Of a DNA stretch of 64,000 nt, positions 53,471-61,940 are shown piece after piece. Positions within the stretch are counted from its first letter, which is position 1, and the number at the start of each line of letters is the position of its first letter. The stretch is from an uncultured candidatus Brocadiaceae bacterium (GTDB taxonomy: Bacteria > Planctomycetota > Brocadiia > SM23-32): positions 78,184 through 142,183 of the forward strand of contig CAYSWA010000002.1 of NCBI GenBank assembly GCA_964434535.1, given 5' to 3'. The notes beneath the pieces were generated by a model. The model ran no database searches. It was not told the DNA's origin and was given only the letters and a program-made list of their open reading frames with translations. Both the position numbers and the translations under genes were made by a program.

Positions 53471-55014
53471 CCGTCGGGCCCCGCCACGGGCAGCGTGAAG
53501 GCGAACGTGCTGCCTTCGCCCGGGCGGCTCTGCACCCAGATCTCCCCGCCGGAGGTCTCGACGATCTCGCGGCAGATCGCCAGCCCGATGCCCGTGCCCG
53601 CCGGCCGGTCGCCGAAGCCGGTGTGGACCTGGGTGAACTTGTCGAAGACCTTCGGCTGGTCCCTCCGCGCGATGCCGATGCCCGAGTCGGTGACCCGCAG
53701 CGTCACCATCTGCGGCCCGTCCCCGCCGCCGGGCTCGGCGCCGACCTCGATGTGCCCGCCGTCGTGGGTGAACTTGAAGGCGTTCGAGAGCAGGTTGTGC
53801 AGCACGCGGGAGACGGCCTTGGCATCGGCCATGACCTCGGGCAGCCCGTCGGGCACTTCCCGCGCGAAGGCCATGCTTCGCTGCTCGGCCTCGCGGCAGA
53901 AGGGCCGGCAGCACTGCTCGATGAGGGGGGCGAGCTCGACGGGGCGGGGGCGGAGCTTCAGCTCGCCGTCGGCCATCCGGGCCAGGTCGAGCAGGTCGTC
54001 GATCAGGTCGGTGAGCCGCTCGCTCTCGCGGCGCACGATGGCGGCGAACTCCTTGCCCTCGTCGGGCGAGAGGTCGTCGTAGTTCTCCAGGATCTCGCCG
54101 AAGGACCGGATGTTGGTCAGCGGCGTGCGCAGCTCGTGGGAGACCGAGGAGACGAACCAGTCCTTCATGGAATCGAGCTGGCGCAACTCTTCGTTGGCGC
54201 GGGCCAGCTCCTCGGCGCGCCGGCGGGTCTCGCCCAGCAGCCGCGCCTTCTCCAGGGCGACGATGAGCTGGTTGACGCTGAGGTGGAGCTGGCTGATGAA
54301 CTCGGCGGAGACGGTCCGGCGGGTGAAGACGCCGAGCACGCCGAGCATGGTCGAGCCGATCTGGAGGGGGAAGCCGACGAAGGACTCCACGCGGGCGTGC
54401 GCCAGCCAGGGCCAATCCCAGGCGAGGGCCTTGCTGGCCAGGTTATGGTCGACGGCGACGCTGCGCCCGTCGAAGCAGCGCGCGGCCAGCGGGTTCTGGG
54501 GCGTCAGCGGGTTCATCGGCTCGGGCATGGCAAAGCTCTGCCCGGCGTGCGCGGCGAGCTCCAAGGGGGCGGCGCCGCTCGCCTCGACGTCGCCCCCGTC
54601 CTCGCTGAGCAGCGTGGGATGGAGCCAGAGCCAGACGGACTCGATGCCGGGCAGCATCCGGTGGAGGCGCTCGGCGAAGCTGGCGGCGACCTCGCCGAGC
54701 TCGATGCGCTGGTTCAGCTCGTAGCTGATGTGCAGGAAGGCGTTGAGCTGCTCCAGCAGGGCGCTGAGGTTGCGGTTGCTCTCCTCGAGCGCCTCGGTGC
54801 GGGCGCGGACCGTCTGATCGAGCGTCTCGGCGCGGGTGACGATCTCGTAGGCGAAGGCGGTCACCACCAGGACCCAGGCGAGGCCGAAGGCGATCAGTAT
54901 CCAGTTGGCGGTCTTGAACCGCCACATCAGGGAGACGAGCCCGAAGCTGACGGCGAAGATGGAGCCGACGTAGAAGAACCGGGTCTGCAGGATGCCGGGC
55001 GTCCTGGACGCCAT
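53461..55014 (-). CDS. sensor histidine kinase with two N-terminal TM helices and a GAF-like domain
   Basis: H-box SHELRTPLTNI, N-box LHNLLSNAFKFT, and G-boxes DSGIGI and GTGIGLAI. Confidence 0.9.
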   Translation of the reverse strand: MASRTPGILQTRFFYVGSIFAVSFGLVSLMWRFKTANWILIAFGLAWVLVVTAFAYEIVTRAETLDQTVRARTEALEESNRNLSALLEQLNAFLHISYELNQRIELGEVAASFAERLHRMLPGIESVWLWLHPTLLSEDGGDVEASGAAPLELAAHAGQSFAMPEPMNPLTPQNPLAARCFDGRSVAVDHNLASKALAWDWPWLAHARVESFVGFPLQIGSTMLGVLGVFTRRTVSAEFISQLHLSVNQLIVALEKARLLGETRRRAEELARANEELRQLDSMKDWFVSSVSHELRTPLTNIRSFGEILENYDDLSPDEGKEFAAIVRRESERLTDLIDDLLDLARMADGELKLRPRPVELAPLIEQCCRPFCREAEQRSMAFAREVPDGLPEVMADAKAVSRVLHNLLSNAFKFTHDGGHIEVGAEPGGGDGPQMVTLRVTDSGIGIARRDQPKVFDKFTQVHTGFGDRPAGTGIGLAICREIVETSGGEIWVQSRPGEGSTFAFTLPVAGPDGRS

Positions 55015-55018
55015 GACT

Positions 55019-56608
55019 CTACTGGCCCTCCGCGTCCTCGATGTGCACCACCAGGGCCGTCATGTCGTCGACCAGGGGTCCGGCGCCGCAGTGGTCGCGC
55101 GCGGCGCCGACGATGCGCTCGGCCACCGCCTTGGCCGGCTGGTCCAGGCAGGCGTGGGCGGCCTGGCGCACGCCTTCCGCCCCGAAGTTGTCCCCGTTGG
55201 GGTCCTGCGCCTCGGAGAGCCCGTCGGTGTAGAGCACCAGCAAGCTGCCCGGTTCGAGCTGGACGGAGCGCTCCTCGAAGACGTCCTCTGCGTCGCTCAC
55301 GCCGAGCAGCAGTCCCTCGGTGTCGAGCCACGACTCGCCGTGCGGGCCGATCAGCAGGGGCTTGGGGTGGCCGGCCCGGCAGAAGGCGGCCCGGCGGGTG
55401 GCCAGGTCCACCCGGGCGTAGAAGGCGCTGATGAACAGCTCGGAATGGACGAGGTCCTCCATCAGGGCGCGGTTGACCTGGGCGAGCAGGCCGGCGGCGG
55501 AGTGGCTGTGGGTCGACTCGCTGCGCACGACGCTGCGGAAGGCGGTGGCCATCAGCGCGGCGCCCATGTCGTGGCCGGATACGTCCGCCACGACCAGGCA
55601 GAGGTGCTCGCCGGCGCGCCAGTAGTCGAACAGGTCGCCGCCGACGTGGCGGGCCAGCTTGCAGTGGCCGCCGGCCTCGAAGCCGGCGACGCGCAGCGGC
55701 TCGGTGGGCAGCAGGCTGAGCTGGATCCGGGCGGCGAGCTCCAGCTCGTGCTCCAGCTCGCGGCGCTCGCGTTCGGCGTTGATCAGGCGGCAGTTGTGTA
55801 TCTGGGTGGCGGCGGTGGATGCGACGGCGCTGACCAGCTTCAGGTCGCTGGCGGTGAACATGTTGGTCTCGCGCTTGCGCGTGAGGTTGAAGACGCCGAG
55901 TATCTCCTCGGTGCCGTGCTTCTCGGGGGTGATCTTCAGCGGCACGCTCAGGAAGCAGTCGGCCCGGCGCAGCTCGCGCACGCCGAGCGACTCGGCCGGC
56001 ATCGGGTCGCCTTCGTTGACGATGATGCCGTGTCCGCTCTCGAAGACCTTGCCGCTGATTCCCTCGCCGGGCTTGACGGTGACGTCGGAGGATATGCTCT
56101 CGGGCAGCCCGACGGCGGCGCGGATGCGCAGCTCGCCGCCCTTGGGGTCGACGGCCATGATCGAAGCGCGCTCGCAGTTCATCAGCCAGGCAGCCTCGCG
56201 CACCAGGAAGTCGCAGATCTCGTCCTCGTCCAGCAGCGCCCCCACGCGCGCGCTCATCTCGTAGAGGAAGTTCAGCTCCTCGTAGCGGTCGGCCACCTCC
56301 ATGGCGAGGCTGGCGATGTCCTGGTCGGCGGTGAAGACGCGGCTGACCACCTCGGCGGCGGCCTCGGCGGCGCGGCCCTCGGGGTCGGACTCCTTCTCGC
56401 AGACCACGCCCCAGCCGCTGCGGGTGTTGCCCACGCGGATGGGGCTGAACGTCCGTTCGGGCCCCCGCAGGCCCTCCTCCTGGTGGAAGGCCAGCTCGGC
56501 GCCGGTCGCCTCGGCCAGGCGCGCCAGCAGGCCGCCGTAATCCTCGGGGCGGAACTCCCCGTAGCCCTGGCCGGCACCCTCGCCTCTGTCCCAGAAGAAC
56601 CTGACCAT
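55019..56608 (-). CDS. GAF-domain PP2C-family (SpoIIE/RsbU-like) serine phosphatase
   Basis: GGDLFDYW, VADVSGHDMGAA, LYTDGLSEA and VDDMTALVV. GAF-like region upstream. The stop lies 4 nt before the kinase gene start. Confidence 0.88.
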   Translation of the reverse strand: MVRFFWDRGEGAGQGYGEFRPEDYGGLLARLAEATGAELAFHQEEGLRGPERTFSPIRVGNTRSGWGVVCEKESDPEGRAAEAAAEVVSRVFTADQDIASLAMEVADRYEELNFLYEMSARVGALLDEDEICDFLVREAAWLMNCERASIMAVDPKGGELRIRAAVGLPESISSDVTVKPGEGISGKVFESGHGIIVNEGDPMPAESLGVRELRRADCFLSVPLKITPEKHGTEEILGVFNLTRKRETNMFTASDLKLVSAVASTAATQIHNCRLINAERERRELEHELELAARIQLSLLPTEPLRVAGFEAGGHCKLARHVGGDLFDYWRAGEHLCLVVADVSGHDMGAALMATAFRSVVRSESTHSHSAAGLLAQVNRALMEDLVHSELFISAFYARVDLATRRAAFCRAGHPKPLLIGPHGESWLDTEGLLLGVSDAEDVFEERSVQLEPGSLLVLYTDGLSEAQDPNGDNFGAEGVRQAAHACLDQPAKAVAERIVGAARDHCGAGPLVDDMTALVVHIEDAEGQ

Positions 56609-56688
56609 CGCTATCCGTCCCCACAGGTAAGCCGGGCGAGCGCATTATACAGAAAGGCCCGCCCCCAGGCCAAACCGCCCGGCGCGGC

Positions 56689-56715
56689 GGGGTCTCGGGT
56701 CTCGGGTCTTGGGGT
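56689..56715. repeat. GGGTCTC heptamer tandem repeat (about 3.5 copies)
   Basis: GGGTCTC GGGTCTC GGGTCTT GGGGTC in the divergent spacer between the PP2C gene and the FG-GAP gene. Confidence 0.6.
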
Positions 56716-56794
56716 CGCGCGCGGGATTCGCGGCGGCTGGCGAAACGCGGGTGACGCTGGTAGAATGCGGCCCGCCTCGGTCAGGAGGGTCGCC

Positions 56795-59113
56795 ATGGAA
56801 TGCACGCGGGCGCTCGTGCTCGGGCTGGTCGGCCTGGTCGCAACGGCGGCGGCCGCGCCCGAGCCGCCCGAGCCCCCGGCGGAGCGCTTCGCCCTGCTGG
56901 GGCCCCACCTCTTCCCGTTCGAGCACGGCATCACGGGCCTGATCCCGCATGATATGGACGGGGACGGCTGCACGGACCTGGTGCTGCTCGACCCGCGGGC
57001 CAGCAAGTTCCACATGCTGGTGCAGAAGGACGAGGACGAGGAGCCGGCGGGCGATCCCTGGGCCGAGCCCTCGCCCAACCGCATCGAGCCCGACCGCCTG
57101 CTCGCCGTCGAGGAGCTGCCGGTCAACCAGGCCGTCTTCGGTTACGTGGTCGGGGCCTTTGCGGGCGCCGAGGCCGCCCTCGCCTACATCACCTCCGACC
57201 TGGAGCTGATCGTGGAACGGCCCGCCGACGAGGGCAAGTGGGAGACGGCCCAGCGCTTCCTGCTCGACCTCGACGCGGCCTTCGCCGGGGGCTTCGAGAC
57301 CGCCGACATGGACGGCAACGGGCGCACCGACCTGGTGCTGCTGGCCCAGGACGCGCTGCTGATCTTCTTCCAGGACGAAGGGGGCAGCTTCGCCGAGCCC
57401 GAGCGCCACCCCATCGCCCGCGAGAAATCCGCGGGCCTGGTGCTGGCCGACGTGAACGACGACGGGCGCAGCGACGTTATCTATCGCTCGCCCGGCACCC
57501 GCTATCCGCTGCGGGTGCGTCTGACCGAGGAGGACGGCTCGCCGGGCCCCGAGTTCCGCTTTCGCATGCCCGCCCCGCGCCACGTCGCGGTGGGCGAATG
57601 CGACGGCGAGCCGGGCAACGAGCTGGTCGTGATCGAGTCGACCACCAACCGCCTGAAGGTGCTGCGCTGGAAGGAAGGCGAGGCAGGCGAGGAGGGCGCG
57701 CTGGAGCTGGTGCCCCTGCCCCGCGACGAGAAGGCCAAGACGCGCAGCTTCGTCGTGGCGGACCTGGACGGCAACGGCCTGCCCGACGTCGCCGTCAGCG
57801 AGCCGGCCGCCGCGCGCGTCAGCCTCATCCGCAGCCGGCCCGCCGGCGGCCTGATGCCGCTGGAGAGCTTCCCGTCCCTCCAGGAGACGCTCGACATGGC
57901 GGCCGTCAGCGCGCCCGACGGCGTTGTCGAGCTGGTCACGTGCAGCCGCAAGGAGGGCATGGTCGGGGTGAGCCGCTTTGATCGCGAGTCCGGCCGGCTC
58001 ACTTACCCCCGCCCCGTCGACCTGGCGGGCACGCCCCAGGCCCTGGCCGCCGTGCAGGCGACGGAGGGGGCGGCGGCGCGCCTCTACGTGAGCCTGCGCG
58101 GGCCGGCCGCCGAGGGCGAGCGCACCGGGCCGGTGCAGATCGTCACCCTGGTGCGCGGCGAGGGGGGCTACGCCGTCGAGCGGCGCCAGGAGTTGGCCGA
58201 CCTGAAGGAGCCGCCGGTCCGCCTGCTGGCGGTCGACCCGGACGGCGACGGGCGCACGGACCTGCTCGCCTTTCGGGATTACGAGCCCCCTCTGCTGCTG
58301 ATGGCTGGCGCGGAGGGCTTCCAGATCGTCAGCGAGCGCCCCGAGTTCCGCAAGCACATGCTGCGCGATCTGAAGGCGCCGGCCGTCGTCTGCGCGGGCG
58401 CGCCGGGGGCGCCGCCGCTGCTGCTCGGCGTGGGGAACCTGGTGCGCGCCGTGCACTACGAGGACGGCAACCTGGTGGTGGACGACCAGTTCAGCAGCGA
58501 GAACTCCCGCACCTCCTACGTGGCGCTGGCCTCGGCCGACCTGGACGGCGACGGGCAGGCGCAGATCCTGGCCGCCGACTACGCCACCAAGTGGCTCGCC
58601 GTGCTCGGCCGCGACGAGAAAGGCGTCTACCGCGTGGAGCGCACCGTCGAGATCGGCCCGTTCGAGCTGATCGGGCTGACCACGGCGGACCTGGACGGCG
58701 ACGGGCGCGTCGAGGTCCTCGCCGTCGGCCAGGGCAAGCTCGGCGTGCTGATGCTCGGCGAGGGAGGGCCCGAGCTGGAGGAGGTGGCCGTCTACGAGAC
58801 CGACCAGGAAGATGTGGCTTACGCGCAGGCGGTCCTCGCCGACCTGAACGCCGACGGCAAGAACGACCTGCTCCTGCGCGAGGTGCAGCAGCACCAGATC
58901 GAGGTGCTCTACCGCGATCCGGAGGGGGACTGGGCCCCCGGGCTGCGGTTCCGCGTCTTCGAGGGGCGCCTCTTCGAGCATCGCGAGGCCCCAGCCCCCG
59001 AGCCCCGAGAGATCGTGGCCGCCGACGTGACGGGCGACGGCCTGACCGACGTGGCGATCATCGTCCACGACCGCGTCATCGTCTATCCGCAGCAGGCCCC
59101 GTCGGCGCCCTGA
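56795..59113 (+). CDS. secreted FG-GAP/VCBS-repeat (beta-propeller) protein
   Basis: Start at MECTRALVLGLVGLVATAAAA after CAGGAGGG. Repeated D.DGDG.TDL / D.NGDG..D motifs (DMDGDGCTDLVLL, DMDGNGRTDLVLL, DVNDDGRSDVI, DLDGNGLPDVAV, DPDGDGRTDLL, DLDGDGQAQIL, DLDGDGRVEVL, DLNADGKNDLL, DVTGDGLTDVAI). Confidence 0.88.
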   Translation: MECTRALVLGLVGLVATAAAAPEPPEPPAERFALLGPHLFPFEHGITGLIPHDMDGDGCTDLVLLDPRASKFHMLVQKDEDEEPAGDPWAEPSPNRIEPDRLLAVEELPVNQAVFGYVVGAFAGAEAALAYITSDLELIVERPADEGKWETAQRFLLDLDAAFAGGFETADMDGNGRTDLVLLAQDALLIFFQDEGGSFAEPERHPIAREKSAGLVLADVNDDGRSDVIYRSPGTRYPLRVRLTEEDGSPGPEFRFRMPAPRHVAVGECDGEPGNELVVIESTTNRLKVLRWKEGEAGEEGALELVPLPRDEKAKTRSFVVADLDGNGLPDVAVSEPAAARVSLIRSRPAGGLMPLESFPSLQETLDMAAVSAPDGVVELVTCSRKEGMVGVSRFDRESGRLTYPRPVDLAGTPQALAAVQATEGAAARLYVSLRGPAAEGERTGPVQIVTLVRGEGGYAVERRQELADLKEPPVRLLAVDPDGDGRTDLLAFRDYEPPLLLMAGAEGFQIVSERPEFRKHMLRDLKAPAVVCAGAPGAPPLLLGVGNLVRAVHYEDGNLVVDDQFSSENSRTSYVALASADLDGDGQAQILAADYATKWLAVLGRDEKGVYRVERTVEIGPFELIGLTTADLDGDGRVEVLAVGQGKLGVLMLGEGGPELEEVAVYETDQEDVAYAQAVLADLNADGKNDLLLREVQQHQIEVLYRDPEGDWAPGLRFRVFEGRLFEHREAPAPEPREIVAADVTGDGLTDVAIIVHDRVIVYPQQAPSAP

Positions 59114-59197
59114 CCGGCCCCGGCCGGCAGAAAACGCTTGCGCCCGCGCCCGACTTGGCGCATAATCATGGGGGGCGCAAGTGGACGGGGGCATTCG

Positions 59198-59938
59198 ATG
59201 GATGCGCCGATGGACGAGAGGCCGAAGGACAAGCCCGAGGCACCCCGGAAGAAGATGGGGCCCTCCTACCTGCTGTATGTCGCCCTGCTGAGCGCGCTGG
59301 CCGGCGCGCAGCTCCTGCGCCTGGCCTGGAAGCATCCCGACCTGCTCTCGCAGCGCATGCTGCTCTCGGCGGCCGTGGCGTGCGTGGCGCTGGTGGCGGC
59401 GGTCTACCTGCTCTGGCGCGTCCGCCGCGCCAAGAAGGTCTCGGTCTGGCCGCTGCTGCTGGCCATACTGCCCGGGGTGGCGCTGGCCGCCTTCCTGGCC
59501 ACGCTTCCGGACCGGCTGCTGGAGGAGGAGGCGACCAGGGCCTACGGAGCGCTGACCTCCCTGAGGCCCGAGACGGTCGACACCGTGCGCGTCTACCGCG
59601 CCGGCGCAGATCAGGAGGTGCTGACCATCGCCGACGAGAAAGCGCTGCGCGGCCTCGCCAGCGCGTTGCGGAAGCTGAAGCGCTATCCGGATGCGAAGGC
59701 GGCCGCCGCCGAGCGCGACCCCCTCTGGGACGTCGTCATCGAGGGCCCGGGGATCCGGGTGCGCGCCTACGAGAAGGAGCAGAACGACAAGACGCTCATC
59801 CTCGGCATCGTCCAGCAGAAGGCCGGCCGCAGCGTCGTCTATGCCAAGTGCGTGGGCACGGAAGTGGAGGCATGGTTCGAGGAGAACGTGCGCCTCCCCC
59901 TGGCGACCACCGGCCCAAACCCCGCCGAACAGGGCTGA
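59198..59938 (+). CDS. hypothetical membrane protein
   Basis: ORF 59138..59938 with start moved downstream of the putative promoter TTGCGC-N17-CATAAT (59138-59166). Three hydrophobic helices, then a soluble domain. No family recognised. Confidence 0.6.
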   Translation: MDAPMDERPKDKPEAPRKKMGPSYLLYVALLSALAGAQLLRLAWKHPDLLSQRMLLSAAVACVALVAAVYLLWRVRRAKKVSVWPLLLAILPGVALAAFLATLPDRLLEEEATRAYGALTSLRPETVDTVRVYRAGADQEVLTIADEKALRGLASALRKLKRYPDAKAAAAERDPLWDVVIEGPGIRVRAYEKEQNDKTLILGIVQQKAGRSVVYAKCVGTEVEAWFEENVRLPLATTGPNPAEQG

Positions 59939-59962
59939 GCGGCCCTGCCGTCCTTGCCTCGC

Positions 59963-60493
59963 TCACATCTCGATGCCGGGCGTGGGCGGGATGCCGCGCT
60001 CGTGGCCGTGGCGGATGCTCTGCATGCGCGTGACGGTGTCCGCGACGTCCGCGAACGGCTCCCACGGCCCGCGCCCCGTCAGGATCACGTGCACCCCCGC
60101 CGCCCGGCCCGCCACGGCGCGCCGCACCGCCTCGGCCTCCACCAGCCCGCTTGCGACCGCGAAGAGGACCTCGTCGAGCACCACCACGTCCCAATCGCCT
60201 GAGGCCAGCTCCCCGGCCGCCTCCTCCAGCGCCGCCTCGGCCGCCTGCGCCGCGCGGGCCATCGCATCGGCATCCCCCTCGTCCAGGAAGCCGGTCCCCC
60301 GCAGGCGCACCTCCAGCGCCCCGCCGAGCCGCTCGGCCGCCTCGTGCTCCCCACAGCGCGCGGCCTTGACGAACTGCACCACCAGCACGCGCAGCCCCCG
60401 GCCGACGGCCCGCAGCGCGGTCCCGAGCGCGGCGGTCGTCTTGCCCTTCCCCCGCCCGCAGAAGATCAGCACCCGGCCCTCTGAGTCCGTCAT
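59963..60493 (-). CDS. cobO: cob(I)yrinic acid a,c-diamide adenosyltransferase
   Basis: [13 protein letters not shown]-loop, LVVQFVK, and VVLDEV....G. pattern of CobO/BtuR. Confidence 0.85.
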   Translation of the reverse strand: MTDSEGRVLIFCGRGKGKTTAALGTALRAVGRGLRVLVVQFVKAARCGEHEAAERLGGALEVRLRGTGFLDEGDADAMARAAQAAEAALEEAAGELASGDWDVVVLDEVLFAVASGLVEAEAVRRAVAGRAAGVHVILTGRGPWEPFADVADTVTRMQSIRHGHERGIPPTPGIEM

Positions 60494-60512
60494 GGCGACC
60501 TCACCAGGGGGT

Positions 60513-60668
60513 CACGGAGAACGGCCCACCAACCGCAACGATACGACGATCACCACGAACGGCAGGAAACCGCAGATGAACGCGGATGAACGCAGATGAG
60601 GTCAGCCGACATGCCGTGCGTTCTGCATTCATCATTCTTCCTTCGGCATTCGATCGCCGTTCTCCGTG
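60513..60668. repeat. 156-bp MITE/REP-like element with perfect 13-bp terminal inverted repeats
   Basis: CACGGAGAACGGC (60513-60525) and GCCGTTCTCCGTG (60656-60668). It contains three in-register 10-mers CGCRGATGAR (60571-60600). Confidence 0.75.
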
Positions 60669-60682
60669 TTAGCTTTCGCCCG

Positions 60683-61570
60683 TCACGCGCGGGGGTGGGC
60701 GCGGTCGTATGCCTGCTTGAGGTGCTCGTGCGAGAGGTGGGTGTATATCTGGGTGGTGCTCAGGTTCTCGTGGCCGAGCAGCTCCTGCACGGCGCGCAGG
60801 TCGGCCCCGCCGGCGAGCATGTGGGTGGCGAAGCTGTGGCGCAGCGAGTGCGGGCTGGTGCCCGGGTCGAGCCCGGCGGCCACGGCGTGGCGGGTCACCA
60901 TGCGGCGCACGCTGCGTGTGCTGATGCGGCGGCCGCTTCGGGCGGTGATGAACACGGCGTGCGGGTCGGTGCGCTCCGGCGCATCCTCGCCGCGCTCGGC
61001 GAGGTAGCGCCTGAGGGCGGCGACGGCGCAGCGCCCGGCCGGCACGATGCGCTCCTTCTTGCCCTTGCCCTGCACGCGGAGCATGCCGCCGCGCAGGTCG
61101 ACGTCGTCGTGGTCCAGCCCGACCAGCTCGCCCACGCGCACGCCGGCGCCGTAGAGCGTCTCGAGCATGGCCAGGTCGCGCCGCCCGATCCAGGTGCCCG
61201 CGTCGGGCCGGGCCAGCAGGCGCTCCACCTGCTCGAGGGTCAGGAAGTGCGGCAGCTTCTGCTCGCGGCGCGGCGAGCGGAGGGCGGCCATCGGGTTGGC
61301 CTTGACCTCGCCCTGGCGCAGGAGGTGCTTGTAGAAGGAGCGGATGGCGGCGGTGCGACGGGCCAGCGTCGAGCGGGCCAGCCCGCGCATCTGCTGGGTG
61401 GCCATGAAGGCGCGCACGTCGTGGACGCCGGCTTCGGCCGGCTCGCGCCCGCGCCCCTCCAGGAACCCGGCGAAGTCGGCCAGGTCCCGCGCGTAGGCGC
61501 GAACGGTGTTGTCCGAGTAGCCCCGCTCGACCGCCAGGCGGTGCAGGAACTCGTCGATCAGCGCGCTCAT
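60683..61570 (-). CDS. xerC: XerC/XerD-type site-specific tyrosine recombinase
   Basis: Start at MSALIDEFLHRLAVERGYSDNTVRAYARDL. ETLYGAGVRVGELVGL, HSLRHSFATHML and LLGHENLSTTQIYTH (catalytic Y). Part of ORF 60683..61978. The XerC versus XerD assignment is not resolvable by eye. Confidence 0.9.
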   Translation of the reverse strand: MSALIDEFLHRLAVERGYSDNTVRAYARDLADFAGFLEGRGREPAEAGVHDVRAFMATQQMRGLARSTLARRTAAIRSFYKHLLRQGEVKANPMAALRSPRREQKLPHFLTLEQVERLLARPDAGTWIGRRDLAMLETLYGAGVRVGELVGLDHDDVDLRGGMLRVQGKGKKERIVPAGRCAVAALRRYLAERGEDAPERTDPHAVFITARSGRRISTRSVRRMVTRHAVAAGLDPGTSPHSLRHSFATHMLAGGADLRAVQELLGHENLSTTQIYTHLSHEHLKQAYDRAHPRA

Positions 61571-61760
61571 GGCGTCCTCCGCGTGGATGGTATCCCGCGC
61601 GGGACGCCAAGAGCAAGCCGGCGTCGGCGAGGCGGTCCCCGTCCAGGTCGCAGACGGCTCGACGCGGGCGTGGTCGCCGTCCCTCACGGATTGAGCCCCG
61701 GCTGGCCCGCAGTATAGCCCCGGGCGCCGGGGCTGTCGAGCCCGCGCCGGAGGGCGGCAA

Positions 61761-61840
61761 CGGCGATGAACCGCAGATGGACGCGGATGAACGCCGATGA
61801 CGACGGCAACCACACCGACAACCGACAACGGACAACCGTC
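61761..61840. repeat. intergenic repeat: GATGAAC-type 10/11-mers plus inverted module-A-like segment
   Basis: CGGCGATGAAC CGCAGATGGAC GCGGATGAAC GCCGATGACG followed by ACGGCAACCACACCGACAACCGACAACGGACAACC. The same modules occur at 60531-60600. Confidence 0.65.
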
Positions 61841-61859
61841 AAGCGCCTCCCCCGCGCAC

Positions 61860-61888
61860 TTGACAGGCCGGGGGGCGCCAGATACGTT
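61860..61888 (+). promoter_or_regulatory. putative promoter of the YhaM-like gene
   Basis: TTGACA-N17-TACGTT, with -35 context CCGCGCACTTGACAGGCCG. Confidence 0.4.
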
Positions 61889-61940
61889 GGCGCTCTTGCG
61901 CCGGCGCCCGCCAATGCCCCCTGACCGAAGGTCGAACCCG

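Noticed and set aside
60571-60600. Short tandem arrays (10-mers here, 9-mers at 49316 and 53436, 7-mers at 56689) as possible CRISPR arrays.
   Set aside because: The units are 7-11 nt long and directly abutting, with no spacers. There are only 3-4 copies of each, and no cas genes are present.
60683-61570. Tyrosine recombinase as an integron, phage or ICE integrase marking a mobile island.
   Set aside because: The sequence has the typical XerC/XerD N-terminal and catalytic motifs and size (295 aa). The neighbours are housekeeping genes, and there are no attC-like arrays, tRNA targets or cargo genes. Only the flanking repeats are kept as a low-weight finding.
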